Source: Phoronis australis (lineage: Eukaryota; Animalia; Phoronida). From it: a stretch of DNA of 64,000 nucleotides. Position numbers and translations under genes: made by a program. Below, one piece after another: positions 24,701 to 36,612 of the stretch; the stretch's first letter is position 1, and every line of letters starts with the position of its first letter. The notes under the pieces were generated by a model that was given only the letters and a program-made list of their open reading frames with translations, did no database searches and was not told the origin of the DNA. The stretch covers positions 220,209-284,208 of the forward strand of contig NMRA01000551.1 of NCBI GenBank assembly GCA_002633005.1, in the 5' to 3' direction.

Positions 24701-27700
24701 CCTGGAAGCCTATTGTTTTTGATCATGATCGGATTCAAAATGGCGGACGTGGCGGCCATTTGTTTCTGATTTCCGATTCAAATGCTCATAGAGGCCGCAA
24801 TTTTCAATGTACAGGGCTGAAAATTGGTACGATTATTATAGCCGCCAAGTACAATAACTGCACTTTAAATCAATAACTTCCGGTCAAAGATGGCGGAAAT
24901 ATCAGCAATTGCGCATGCGCACCTCGATTTCGGGCAAAAAACGTTTTCTCCTGTAGAGGGCGCTTTATAGGACCAATTCCTTTGAAATTGTTCAGGTAAT
25001 AGTTGTTTTTGACATGCTATTATTCAAAGCTAAAAAACCGTAAGTCGCTTTCAAGATGGCATGTTCACCCATTTTTATGCGCCCACATATTTATATTTGG
25101 ACGCGTTATCTATTGTTCTGCGGTCGCATCTTGAACGGAAAGAGCAAATGACGTGAATTTTTGCATGTAGATTCCTTGAAGTATGCTCTTTCAAAAGTTC
25201 TGCGATGACGTTTTTCTCAGACTTACCGTTTTTGAGTTATTTGACCTAGAATTTAAAAAAACGCAAAATTTTAATTTTTTCGAAAAATCTACAGAATTTT
25301 GCGGAACTACTAACTTAGATAGAGTTTTGAACAGGCTTTCAGAAGATATTTTCAATTTTTCGCTAGGACGTCTACTTTTTTGAATATTGAACTAGACAGT
25401 AGCGTATTTCTTACTTATTTTTGACATCTTCGCTAGTCATGTGACTGATTGTGTTGCTCATAATCCCCACTATCATCATCATAATCGTCGTCGTCATCAT
25501 CTAAATCGTCATCTTTTCAGTTAACTTCGCCAAGTGTGGCTCAAGACTGTAGCCTATTTCTTACTGATTTCTTACATCTTCGCTAGTCATTTGAATGTCA
25601 TCGTATTGTTCATACTCGCCACCTTTGTCATCGTAATCATCGTCGTCATCATCTCCATCATCGTCTTTTCGGTTAATTTTGCCAAGTGTCGCTCCTCCGA
25701 GTGCTCGTTTATTTATCATTAGGCAGCATGTTTCAAAATATTTCTATATGCCTTAGTTCGCTTTTAGTATGGAAATCTGGGAAATGATTACAATGGAAAT
25801 TTCATGATAGTAGTGTGAGGAAATAAAAGCTATATTCTGAAAATTACATGGAAAAGTTGAATAATTAAAACCCTCTATGGGTAGGCACCGTGTAGGGAAG
25901 GCAATCATAAAGGTTGGTTAGAGGCCAGGTTACGATAAAAGTACAAAATACGAAGTTCAGAAACAGTTTAGTATCTGTTGGTCTGCACCAATGAATACTT
26001 GATGCAGTATGCTGCGAGCGGGAATAAGTCTGGATACGCGGATATTTTACAAAACTTAACGGCAGGTAGAAGCCTGACGCCAGTATTGCAACTTTTTTCA
26101 TCCCTGAAAAGTTGTTGCCTACATGAACGTGAATGAAATTTAAATGTCAGATATCGATGGGCACAATCTCAGCCAACTTGAAAATAAAGGAGCATCTGAC
26201 TTCTAGACATTAGAATTTTTTGTAAACTTGCTTCTACAATTTGGAATTGTCACTTGGCAGTAGCAGATGGCACAAACTGTGGCCATTACGTGTGTCTGAA
26301 ATGTATTTAAAATTCCACTACATAAATGAAACATTCAAAAAATTTTAGGTTTTCACCACAATATAATTTCCTTTGTTTAAAAATGTAAAATCTCGTTTTT
26401 CCATGTTTGTATAGGAATGTTTTTACCATAACAATGTGTCACTCGTTGGGCAGCTGAGGTCACTGAAGTGATTTTTATCAACATCAATTTTTTAACGTCA
26501 AGTTTTCATCGTAATTTCTATCAAATTTCATTTGTTATCAAAGCAGCAAATACCTTTGTGACTATGGAACCTATTTGGCTTTTTCTTAGTTATTACTGTT
26601 GTTCAGTATTGTTCATTTTGCATTGTGATCAGTACAACCAGTGTATAGATGACAGTGCATTGGAGACTTTAAACACTTTCAGATTCTTCGCAGTGAAATA
26701 ACTACCGTATTCGCCGTAATAACTGCCCATGCCCCTATAAGCGCCCCCCACGCGTTTGCAGACTTTGCTGGAATAAGCGCCCAGTCCATGACGTACCTTC
26801 AGTCCTAAAACTTGGCTACAGTAACGTCTTCAATTTATCAAAAAAGGTCTTCCAGACCACCAGCGGCACTGCTACGTTTGTATTTAGCCGTGACTATACA
26901 CTTCAAAGTAACACAGCGCTTCAAAAAGAACGCAACAGCGTTGCTACATTCGCGACGACCGTGTCCCACTATGGTCTGACCTTACAGTACACATCGACTG
27001 TCTCATGAATAAAAATAACTCGGTGTTGAACGCACGTGGCCAGAAAGCGCGCGCTACATATATGAACCTAGCTGTCATCAAAGACATTAGTCGAGAACTA
27101 TCCATTCATGAAACGGGTAGCATAGCATCGGTAAGAAATGAATATTGGCCCTAATTTCCGACAATTTCTAATACTATAAAACATGTTTGCGTTATTTTTT
27201 AGATGGATTGTTTGATTAACCATAATTGGTGTTTTTAAGCCGAATATCGAATAAAACGACAACCGACAGCGAATGCTTACACACCCTTACACCGAAAAAT
27301 AACTGTCAGAACAGTTACGTACGCATCCAGCTACACGGCGACTAATATGGGTCTTACCGAAACAAATGTCGAACGTTTTTAGCACGAGACCGACAAGTGC
27401 TGAATGAAACACGCTCTGGTTTAGGCCTACTGCTTGTGCAAATTTCTTTAGACACAATGCACATCTAGCTCGTTAGATTGCGTGGCTCTGGCCAAAAGAC
27501 GGTCTCTGCTTTGTCAAATGAACTCTGGTTACACGCACGCGCTCGCTTACTCGCAGACGAACTTCAAAACAAACGTCACGTGGCANGGATGAGATTCTTA
27601 AAATTTTGGTATCTACTACTGAAATGTAAAGTTTGTTTGAAATCTTTTAATTCTGTAGAGGTCAGATTTCATGAATTACATGCATTTTCCGTTTACAGAG

Positions 27701-30700
27701 AAAGCTTGTGTCTGTGCAGTTTGTACCTTGTTATTAAGTCTACTTAGGCTCCCGCATGAACATTATATGCATTTCTTATTGCAGAGTTCACTTGTCTTAA
27801 GCCCTCATCATCCACCATCACCACCAGCACCGCCAGTTGCCATAACAACACCTTCTCAACCAACCACAAAGTATGAGTGTAAGTCGTGTGGACGGTCATT
27901 TGTTCAAAAGACCCAGTATCAGCGTCACTGTAAGATGCACATGAAGCGGCTGGCCTGCGCCGTGTGTGGTGACGAGTTTGTTCAGCAGTCACAGCTGGCG
28001 CACCATGTTTGGGAAATCCATCGTAAGACGCTGACTGAGCTGGCCTTGGTCGAAAAGTCACTTACACAGCCACAGCAACAAACTAGTTATGCGAGAGAAA
28101 TAAAAAAATGTGATTCAAGACTTGAGTTGACAAATAACAATGTTAAGGTGAACAATAGTTTGTCTCACTCCGCTGTGACTAAACACAAAGATATTAATAG
28201 TGATGAAGCCGAGTTTAGTGTTGCCATACCTGAATTCAATGGCTGTTACAAGCCTCGTATCCATGCCTCTCGTGGTGCCATGTTTAGGAAACCGCCACCA
28301 GAAGACAGGGGTACGAAATCACGTGTGGATGTTTATGATTTTGATGCTAATGAAGACGACGACGTCATAACGCCGAGTCGAGTTATCAAACCAAAGTTTG
28401 GCAGTGGTCTCAAAAAATGTGCAATGGCTGACGTAGCTCTGGCAAATGGCAATGGAAATTGTGAACCGATAACGGATGGAAGTTGTGCTGAGGTCAGTGC
28501 ACCAGCTAAAGATGGTGATGCTGGGACAAAAGGTGATGATGAAGATTATGTGGAGGAGGATAGTCAAGATGAGAGGCTGAGTGAGGAGAATGGAGAGGTG
28601 TGTTCTGACGACCAACTGGAACACTCTTTTGCATTTGTGGAAAAAATCTCACCTACCGGGTTGAAGATTAAGTTAAAGCCTCTTGTTAAATCTCCAGCTC
28701 AGCGAAAGCGGAAAGCCAACTTTCAGTCCAATCTTGTTCCACTGGAGGGGTTGAAATTAAAAATCAAGAAAGTGGGGAAAGTTCAGTCAAATTTTGGAAC
28801 CTCGGTTGTCAAAGTTGCTTCTTCAGAAAAAAGTGGAAATCTGAATAGTGAATCATCACCAACTAATTGTCAACCTGAAGTGGGCGATAAAGTACGTGAA
28901 ACTACTGATAACCCTAACGGATTGAGTATTGTTTGTAATGCTTTAGGTGACCGTTCATGCGTGGATACATGTGAACAGGCACCGGCAAGAACGCCTCAAA
29001 AATTCAGGACGACACGTGCTAATACATCAAGAAGCAGCAAAAGGTTGCTCTTGAACCTCTCCAATCGTAATTTAGTTGATCCAAATAGGCGTGTTACAAG
29101 GAGTCGTAGTGCTACTTTGAGCTCCTCTGAACAAGACCCGGTGTTGTCAGAAATTTCCAACAGTAACTTGTCTACTAGAAACGTGGTTGCGACAGCTGAG
29201 CTACCCGTGGAGAAGCGAGAGCGAATCTGCCTGAAAATCAGCAAGTCATTGTTGTCCCCGTACAGGGAAGAATATGAAGGGGCTAGTGTTGATAATGGAT
29301 CGCACCATGACAAAGTGGTCGAGGCTGAGCGAGAGCCTCTCAAGTTTTCTATCCCACTCAGTAAATTACCCGCTGTATACTCTACGTGGAAGCCTCTCCA
29401 GAAAACCCGACAAGTAAAACGTCAGCTGGCTAACCATCATCAGGTTAAGCCTGGCACATCTCGAACAATGCAAGCTGCGCACAAAATTAGAGTGCATTAC
29501 AAGCGGCTACGACGCAGTCAAAACCTGAAAAGCAGCAAGGAAAAAACGGTGGCGGGCAACCTAATTCAGTCACAGAGCTGTGAGCCGGAGGAAGGAAAGC
29601 AGAGCGGGTTGTTAGTGGAGGAGGTGATGTCTGAATGTGATAGTGCAGTGGTGGATATGGTGCGTACACCAGAGTCACTGCAGCAGCACAAGGTGGAGCG
29701 AGCCAAGGAAGCACATAGTGAAGAGGACCAAGGTATAGGTATGGACAGCGACGAAACAAACAGCCCTGGTGCTCACAGTGACTCATCACTGTGTGGTGCT
29801 CAGACAAAGCATGCTACTGATCTTTGTAGTGTCGGTAGTGGCGGCAGCGGGATGACGTCACCAAACTCTGTCGTCGATAATCACTTGTCGGCCAACGGTT
29901 ATGCAGATCATAATAAGTGGCGAAATACATTCGTTTCTATTCCTGAAGGTCAAAATCGCCAGACAAGGTGCTCGGGCGATTGGCCGGAAAGTCCTGAGGC
30001 TAAGCCATATTCCGATTGTCAAGAGATGGAAAAACCAGTGTCACACTTGCCAGCTGACAATGGATCAGTGCTAAATGAAGTTTCAGACTCACTACCATGC
30101 AAAAATAAATCTTATGAATTTGAATCCGTGTCTCCACCATATGACACAATGGCCGAGTTGGTGTCAAATGTTTGTTCTACTGTTTATGGCCAAGATGGCA
30201 GTACACATAACAGTGAATATTCAAAGAACCACATTGCTGACGGTGCTGACATTGTTTCTGATGGTAGAGTCACTAGGCAGAGATACAACAGTAAAAATAC
30301 AGCCAAAGACTGGTTGAAGTCTTTGGACGATCATGGCAGGACTAAAACTAAGTGTAACGCTATGTCGTCACCAAAGGCGGAGCAACCGCTCATCAATATG
30401 TGGCAGGCGCCATCTAGTGTCAGAACAGGGAGTCAAAGGAACGGTAGTGGCAGTAGTGTGTTTAGTGGTAATGTTAATGGAGACAGAGCGCACGACACAT
30501 TTGGTGCTTTTGCCACCAAAACGAACAACTTCCAAAGTTTTGCCGACCTCAACCCTGCTAATACTGGCTTGTTTAATCGAGATGACAGTGAGAGTGATTT
30601 CGAAGACTTTGAACCCCCAGCATTAAAAGTTCCTGTGAAGACGTTGCAGCGTATAGCCAGTGAGAAACGAACAACCTCAGTGTCTCACAGTGACTTCCTA

Positions 30701-31336
30701 CAGACTATTGGTCTACAGAGACAAGTGAGCAGGACTTCTGTGACAGATCACTATGAAAACGAATTCTTGAAATTTCTCAATAAACAAAATGGCAACGAGG
30801 AAGACAACTACGGTGATGTGTTTGAGGAGGAGGATGATGGGATGTCATCAGATGGGGAGATGGATGTTGGCCAGATGGGCAATAACTGCACCTGTGCGCG
30901 ATTCTTGACCTATTTCAACAAGCACCAGTTTGTTGCCTTGTCAGAGGAATTGCTCTATCTGCGACATAAAGTTTGTGAGATGATCGTTGGCTTGTTTCCC
31001 AATATAATGTATTCTGGTCCGTTTAACATAATGTCCAGTGACGTGGAAGATCTACTGGATGCCATATCTGACGTATCCAATTCATCTGTCAGTGACAGTA
31101 CACCAGTGTCTTCTGGTCAGAGCAAATACTTAAAAGTAAATCTGTGCAAGACCCCTAAGCGTTGTCTTTTGTTGCTGCGTAAAAAGGCCGCAGACTTCCT
31201 ACAAGTTCTGTTTCCGTCAACTACTCTGGACAGTCAAGTGTACCATGACACAAACTGTTTACAAAGTATTATGGAGGAAATCATTGCCAATAACAAAATG
31301 GAATATGAAGTTCATACTGGCTGTGATGCATTCTAA
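15680..31336 (+). CDS. C2H2 zinc-finger protein, ~1253 aa, join(15680-15793,23230-23325,27785-31336)
   Basis: Three GT-AG bounded phase-0 exons splice in frame. Three CxxC..HxxxH(x) fingers. The 3.55-kb last exon is the 1221-aa ORF in the track. Confidence 0.85.
15935..16126. repeat. Minisatellite, 32-bp unit x6
   Basis: Unit ACCCCTTGCAAAGGAGAGTCTACATCTCAGAG. Confidence 0.95.
17962..18830. mobile_element. Probable non-autonomous DNA transposon fragment (TTAAGGTAG start, Kolobok-like)
   Basis: TTAA|GGTAG terminus and recurrent TGAAACTTGA motifs. The right boundary is uncertain. Confidence 0.35.
23230..23325 (+). CDS. ZnF gene coding exon 2: KAESLGSPPPPIAVAIPPPIAVSIPPQTVAIK
   Basis: Acceptor ttttacag|, donor AAG|gtaagc, 96 bp, phase 0-0, open frame, internal 24-bp duplication. 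Confidence 0.75.
23925..24358. repeat. Degenerate AT-rich tandem repeat (AATAATAGTATAGA(C/T)TGG-like)
   Basis: Recurrent motif with a higher-order ~140-bp duplication (24100-24190 vs 24235-24358). Confidence 0.6.
24607..25712 (-). mobile_element. Non-autonomous Helitron/Helentron-like element
   Basis: CpG-rich relative to its flanks, with CAAAATGGCGG/GGCGGCCATTT motifs and an internal ~150-bp tandem duplication (25398-25690). Minus-strand 3' end CTAG|T at 24607, and the other end lies in a T-rich site. Confidence 0.5.
26704..27585. mobile_element. Tc1/mariner(pogo)-type non-autonomous element with a TA|CCGTATT terminus, cut by a contig join at 27586
   Basis: The end TACCGTATTCGCCGTAATAACTGCCC resembles the TIR of the MITE at 61881-61973. 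CpG-rich body. Confidence 0.5.
27785..31336 (+). CDS. ZnF gene terminal coding exon (2 C2H2 fingers, long IDR, tandem C-terminal helical module)
   Basis: Acceptor tttcttattgcag| at 27784. Fingers YECKSCGRSFVQKTQYQRHCKMH and LACAVCGDEFVQQSQLAHHVWEIH. Stop TAA at 31334-31336. Confidence 0.92.
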   Translation, partial: SSLVLSPHHPPSPPAPPVAITTPSQPTTKYECKSCGRSFVQKTQYQRHCKMHMKRLACAVCGDEFVQQSQLAHHVWEIHRKTLTELALVEKSLTQPQQQTSYAREIKKCDSRLELTNNNVKVNNSLSHSAVTKHKDINSDEAEFSVAIPEFNGCYKPRIHASRGAMFRKPPPEDRGTKSRVDVYDFDANEDDDVITPSRVIKPKFGSGLKKCAMADVALANGNGNCEPITDGSCAEVSAPAKDGDAGTKGDDEDYVEEDSQDERLSEENGEVCSDDQLEHSFAFVEKISPTGLKIKLKPLVKSPAQRKRKANFQSNLVPLEGLKLKIKKVGKVQSNFGTSVVKVASSEKSGNLNSESSPTNCQPEVGDKVRETTDNPNGLSIVCNALGDRSCVDTCEQAPARTPQKFRTTRANTSRSSKRLLLNLSNRNLVDPNRRVTRSRSATLSSSEQDPVLSEISNSNLSTRNVVATAELPVEKRERICLKISKSLLSPYREEYEGASVDNGSHHDKVVEAEREPLKFSIPLSKLPAVYSTWKPLQKTRQVKRQLANHHQVKPGTSRTMQAAHKIRVHYKRLRRSQNLKSSKEKTVAGNLIQSQSCEPEEGKQSGLLVEEVMSECDSAVVDMVRTPESLQQHKVERAKEAHSEEDQGIGMDSDETNSPGAHSDSSLCGAQTKHATDLCSVGSGGSGMTSPNSVVDNHLSANGYADHNKWRNTFVSIPEGQNRQTRCSGDWPESPEAKPYSDCQEMEKPVSHLPADNGSVLNEVSDSLPCKNKSYEFESVSPPYDTMAELVSNVCSTVYGQDGSTHNSEYSKNHIADGADIVSDGRVTRQRYNSKNTAKDWLKSLDDHGRTKTKCNAMSSPKAEQPLINMWQAPSSVRTGSQRNGSGSSVFSGNVNGDRAHDTFGAFATKTNNFQSFADLNPANTGLFNRDDSESDFEDFEPPALKVPVKTLQRIASEKRTTSVSHSDFLQTIGLQRQVSRTSVTDHYENEFLKFLNKQNGNEEDNYGDVFEEEDDGMSSDGEMDVGQMGNNCTCARFLTYFNKHQFVALSEELLYLRHKVCEMIVGLFPNIMYSGPFNIMSSDVEDLLDAISDVSNSSVSDSTPVSSGQSKYLKVNLCKTPKRCLLLLRKKAADFLQVLFPSTTLDSQVYHDTNCLQSIMEEIIANNKMEYEVHTGCDAF

Positions 31337-32268
31337 ACTGGATCTGAAGTATTAGGTTGTTGATGGCCATATTCAGAGTATCTTTGATTGGTTTGTGCCA
31401 CATATGACTAGTGTAAGCAACAGTCCTGTATCAAACATTCTCCCAAATCTAACATCTCAAACTCAAACTCTAACTTCACTTTGATGATTTCTGTTCTATT
31501 TTTGCATAAACTTGTGATATTTTTATGCGTATGTACATTACAATTTAGGTACATGGTTAATTAACCCAAGTACACACTTTTAGACGGCAATATGAATTAC
31601 TGTTAGAAATTGAAGTTTGAGCTGGACGTGTCAAGTTGAACTTTAGTTTTGTAGCTTGAATTTTGGAGTTATCAGGTGCGAACTTAGTTTATGTGCTTGT
31701 CTACTTAAGTCATATTGGGCTCAAGTGCAAAATCAAATATATTTATCACGAGTCAAACATAGATTGAACGGAAAATATCAAAACTAGAGTTCTGATGTTG
31801 AATTTTGGATGTTCAGTGTGTTGCTAGAGAAGAGCTTCAGATCATCCTTGTTGTTGTATCTCTTTATTGGTCATTAAGTTGGCTAATTTTCTCCATTTAA
31901 CTATTCAAAGATCACAGCTGTGATTTGGTGAGGATCTTGTATAACTACTGATTTACTGCAAGGTGCGCTGTCATTGGTAGGGTGCTGTGAAGTCACAGAC
32001 CACAACAAATGGCTTAAGTCAACATTGCCATATCCTGACTACCAATATAAGTTTGTTATTTAAACTTTAGCTACAGAATTATCTTTGGTCTGTGTGCTAG
32101 TCATGTGTGATGAGAAATCGATGGCTGCTTTGTACTAAAACCCCTAAAAAGGCATTTGCCTACAGAGGATTTTTAAAAATGGAGTCTTTGAAAGTGCTAG
32201 TGGGTATCAAAGATAGGATTACAATCAAAGAGTATTAATAGCTTTATTAGGAGACCACGTCACTGGAA

Positions 32269-32364
32269 AGACTGTAAAACTATGAGACTGTAAAACTATG
32301 AGACTGTATAACTATGAGACTGTAAAACTATGAGACTGTAAAACTATGAGACTGTAAAACTATG
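32269..32364. repeat. Minisatellite, 16-bp unit x6
   Basis: Unit AGACTGTAAAACTATG. Confidence 0.95.
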
Positions 32365-35300
32365 CTTGTTGCTGTAGTCTCGCCAGGAATTTTGAGCAGG
32401 CTCCTCGCATTTCAGCTTTGGATAATCTTGTTCAAATTTTAATTTAAAGATATTAGAAACTATTACCGACTACAAAAAGTGAATGCAGTGCTCAAAATAT
32501 CAGGTTATCTATTGCAATTCTTGATTTTGTTACAATTGTTACTTTGATCTTCTATTTTATGTGCATTCGAACTTTGATGGTCTTGTTGAACTTTGAGCCT
32601 TTGTGCTACCATTAAGTCCAAAATAGTACCAACATAATCAGAGAATCAAAATTTTTATCTAGAACTGAATTTAAAACAACTATGAACCCACCTTCAGTTG
32701 TAAAAAAACTGTTTGATTTAGACTGCTGACCATTGGGGAAATTGGTGTGAGAATGTTCCTTAGGGTCTTGGAAAGACCAGACAGCTTGTTATTGCTCAGA
32801 ACAAGACGTTTCAAAATGACTTGTCATGGCGCGTCATTTTATTCACCCAACATGGACTCTGGCTTTTGCATGACTAAAAGTCACTTGTCATCTAATTAAG
32901 GAGTTGAGGCCAGTTTATTGTAGTAAGTTTTCAAAGTCAAAAGTTAGTTTCTTCTTTTGCAATCACTTTTAAGTGTGAGCAGTATGCAACTGGCCACTAT
33001 GCTGCTGAGTGTTTCTGGTGAGACTGTAGTGCTTGTGTAGTTTTATAAGTACCTTATTGTTTGGCCATGGGTGAAGTCTTAAGATTGCTATGAACTCACG
33101 TGCAATCTTTTATTGGGAAAGTCCATAATCCATGAACATTGTTCAACGTTGGTGCTAAGTTGGATAAGGGGTGCAACTGGGGTTTCCTAAAGACTGGATA
33201 TTTTTAGTTATTGCCAAAACAATGTAGCTCTTGAGGAGGACAAATGCCATGATCTTACATACTTGCTTTATGGTTACCTAACTTGTTGTCTACACACCAA
33301 GTGGTTGTTAAGTTAAAAAATTGCAATTATGTGAAGTAAGCTGTATGCTGTGCCTTCTAGAAGATATGAAGGTTGAAAAGGTGCTTTCAACAGTCCGGTG
33401 TAAAATTCTTTTAATGTGCCTGTATGTTTTAGAAGTAATTTTTAAAAGAAAATGTGGCATCATTTTTCACTACTTAGGTTTGGCACATATTGTCGTCGTT
33501 TTTTAATCAAACAGTTTGATGGGAGTGAGTTGCCAATATCAGGACTAGTTTGCAGTGTGGTGTTGGGGTACCATTATTGGACAGACTATTTCCTTTTGCT
33601 ATTAAAAGTGAACCAAAATGTCTAATTATGTGACCTGCTGCATTCTTGCATTTATTTGTACAGTTGGTAATTGTACCTGCATTTTGTCCTGTTTGGCTTC
33701 CTAAAAATGAAAATCAAATTGCGGGTAGTTCTTTTCATCTCGTAAAATGGGTCACGTGATGCTGTGTTCCTCACCACAACGAGGAAATTTAAACCATAAG
33801 TGAACCAAGCAAGTGCTTTAATGTATTGAGGTTGGCCATCCTTTAAATTGTGCTTTTGAAAATATTGCATGTACGGATTGTTTGTTACTTTTGTGGCCTG
33901 CTCGGTCAACAATTTAAGATTGGACGAGCTTGTTAATATTTACAGAGCTCAAAGCTATTCGGATAAAAATTTAAAATATTGCTTTTTAGCCAGCTAAATG
34001 AGGCGTAATGCAGCTTAAACTTTGACAATGTTTGTCACATGTTATGGCACAATTTTTAAAGGAACATTCTTGGTGAAGAAAGTAATTTTACATGATTTAA
34101 GAGTAGCACAGAATCGAGCCCACTAGTTCCTCGGTAACTGAACAGTTTGCTGCTGAGCCAAATTGCACGTGTTAAGTAGCCGTGTATTTTTGAGCATGTT
34201 TAACTTGTAAAAACAGCGGCCTTAATTTCCGCAAATGTTTGACGGAAAATCGCAAGAATTGGCAATTTGTAATAAAATCACGAAAAACAACGGATTCTGG
34301 TCAAATTTAATAAGTCTGTCCCATCTAACAATACTCTCAAAAATGTGTTTTTCCACCATAAAACCGATGATGTCTCTTTTATACTGTCACCCAAGCAGTT
34401 GTTGACCCCATGAGTTGACACAAAGTAATCATGGTGATGTAGTTCTAATTTGTATTAAACATTTTATATTGAAACAGTCTCGTACTTGATACATTTGAGC
34501 CAAACTATGTGTAATATTCAACAGGTGGTGCAAACTTGTTTCTGCAGGTCTTGGAAGAAAGGTGTGTAAAACTGTGGTAATGTTTTGACAAGTTGTAATG
34601 ATTAGTTTGTTACCTGCAACTTTGATGTCACGACTCTTATAGCAGACCAATTACTGATATAAATTTGGTCCCAACTTGTTCCTTACTCAGATGGGTCTTA
34701 ATTTTTGTACTCTAAATGGAACTCGTTAATGTTTTGGACATTTTCTATTCTACTTTTGTGCGAACTCGAGCTAAGGGGCTATTAGTCTGTGCTTGAGCAC
34801 ATTATGGTCTATGTACACAAGTTGCTGGTCCAAGTTTGCACTTGATAGACCATTTATTCGTGCTACAAACTATTAGAAACTCATAAGTTTGAGTCCAGAC
34901 TCGAACTTTTAGCTTTAATACTGAGGTCGTCAAGTGCAAACTAGGTTTGGAAAGTTATTGGTGTAAGATGTACTCAAATATAGAATAAGGTACTTGAGTT
35001 CACAAAAGCGTATAGTAGAAAATGCTAAAATAATTTAGAGTTGGGTTTCGAGTGAAAAGATTAGACCCAGAACCTTGGGTTTGCAAAGAACTGATAGTTT
35101 GGTATTACTGGGGACCATGCTTGGCACATAAAATAACAGACCATGATAACTAATTGCAGAGCATAGTCTCAAGAACTAATGAAATTTCAGTTCTTTCAAT
35201 GCCCTAAAATTACTTCAAGTTGAGGAACAATTTGAGACCAATTTCATTAATGGTTTATCATATAAATCAATTTTTTGCTATGGAAGGCAGATTTATATGA

Positions 35301-36120
35301 ACTTGAGAGTATTAGAGCTGTGGAATTTGTACCATTACATACAAGTGGATTGGTCAGAATTATCTCTGCAGTCTATTGCTTAAAAAGTAAAGTTGTAGCG
35401 GGATAAATGCGCACACCAAGGCTGCAAAGAAATCTGGCAGACATTTGTAGAGACGTACAGAAAAGCATTGCTTCCTTAATGTCATTATTTAGAGTGTTTG
35501 GGTACAGAAACACGAGTTTCTGGTGTCTGGACCTGTGAACTTTGTTGTGGGTATTGTAAGGAACCCTGTGCTGTTTGTATATAGTGGTACTGTTGATCAT
35601 GTGTACATTTGAAGGTTGACATATTTATTTTTAATGCTCTACGTGCTGTGTAGATGTCTATTTTCACTATTTGTTAGCTAGTCGTCTTAATTCTAGTAAG
35701 GTTTTTATTTATATTTAATTTAATTGCAGATTCAATCTGTATAATACATTGTTCAGAAACGGATCTCGTTATTCATTTTGTATTGCATCATTGCCCAGTA
35801 CGATACTGTTATTTTGAAGACAACAGATGGCACTTATTTTAATCATTTTGGCAGAAGATGGAATAGAACAGCGGTTACTTGGAAGTAAAATTGAAGATAA
35901 GAGATTTGGTTTGTACTTCAAGAAGTGAAGTTTTACCTCTAGCCAAAACGGATCAGTTCGACAAACCACCGGGGTGTTCTTATTAACAAAATCCTGTTCT
36001 GTAAATGCAATTCATTGCTTGTGAACTGTGGTTCTTTTCTCATCAATTGTAATCCAGCTCTCGCAAGATCAGTTTTCTCATGCGCCTAGACGTGCATTTG
36101 CACACAGAGAAACCCAATAT

Positions 36121-36126
36121 AATAAA
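36121..36126 (+). terminator. Candidate polyadenylation signal of the ZnF gene
   Basis: AATAAA followed by T/GT-rich sequence. Strand skew switches from T/G-rich to A/C-rich around here. Confidence 0.4.
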
Positions 36127-36612
36127 CATGTTTTATGTTCATCACACCTCAAATTTAAGTATTTCACACAGGACTCATTTACTGTTTGTGATTTGGCAGT
36201 ACTAAATGCCCCACCCTTTAACTGTACATGAAGTTGACCTGTGAAATTAATAATTGATGAACAGAAACCACACGGTAGGAAACTAAATGATTCTACAGCA
36301 TGTCAGACTGCACAGTCTGAGTAAAGTATACTGTTAAAACACAGATGCCTATCCTGTCCCTTAACACTGTTCATGACTTGTAATACCGACTTCATTGCTC
36401 AAAATATACACTGCCTTAAGCTTTTACCCCTTAGTATAGTTAGTGGTCACGTAACTAAGGCACATCATGGCAACAAAAATTCCAGTCTAACAGAGTTTAC
36501 CTGCATAAGGAAGATGTCCCGACATATCGCCACATTCAGGAAGGGAACCAGCCAGACTGCATTGTACTGGTTCAATGTCATGTAATGACCGCGTAAGCGG
36601 CGTTATTTACAA

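Noticed and set aside
27671-27784. N-terminal 38 aa of the 1221-aa ORF
   Set aside because: It is likely intronic read-through, because a strong acceptor at 27784 joins in frame to upstream exons.
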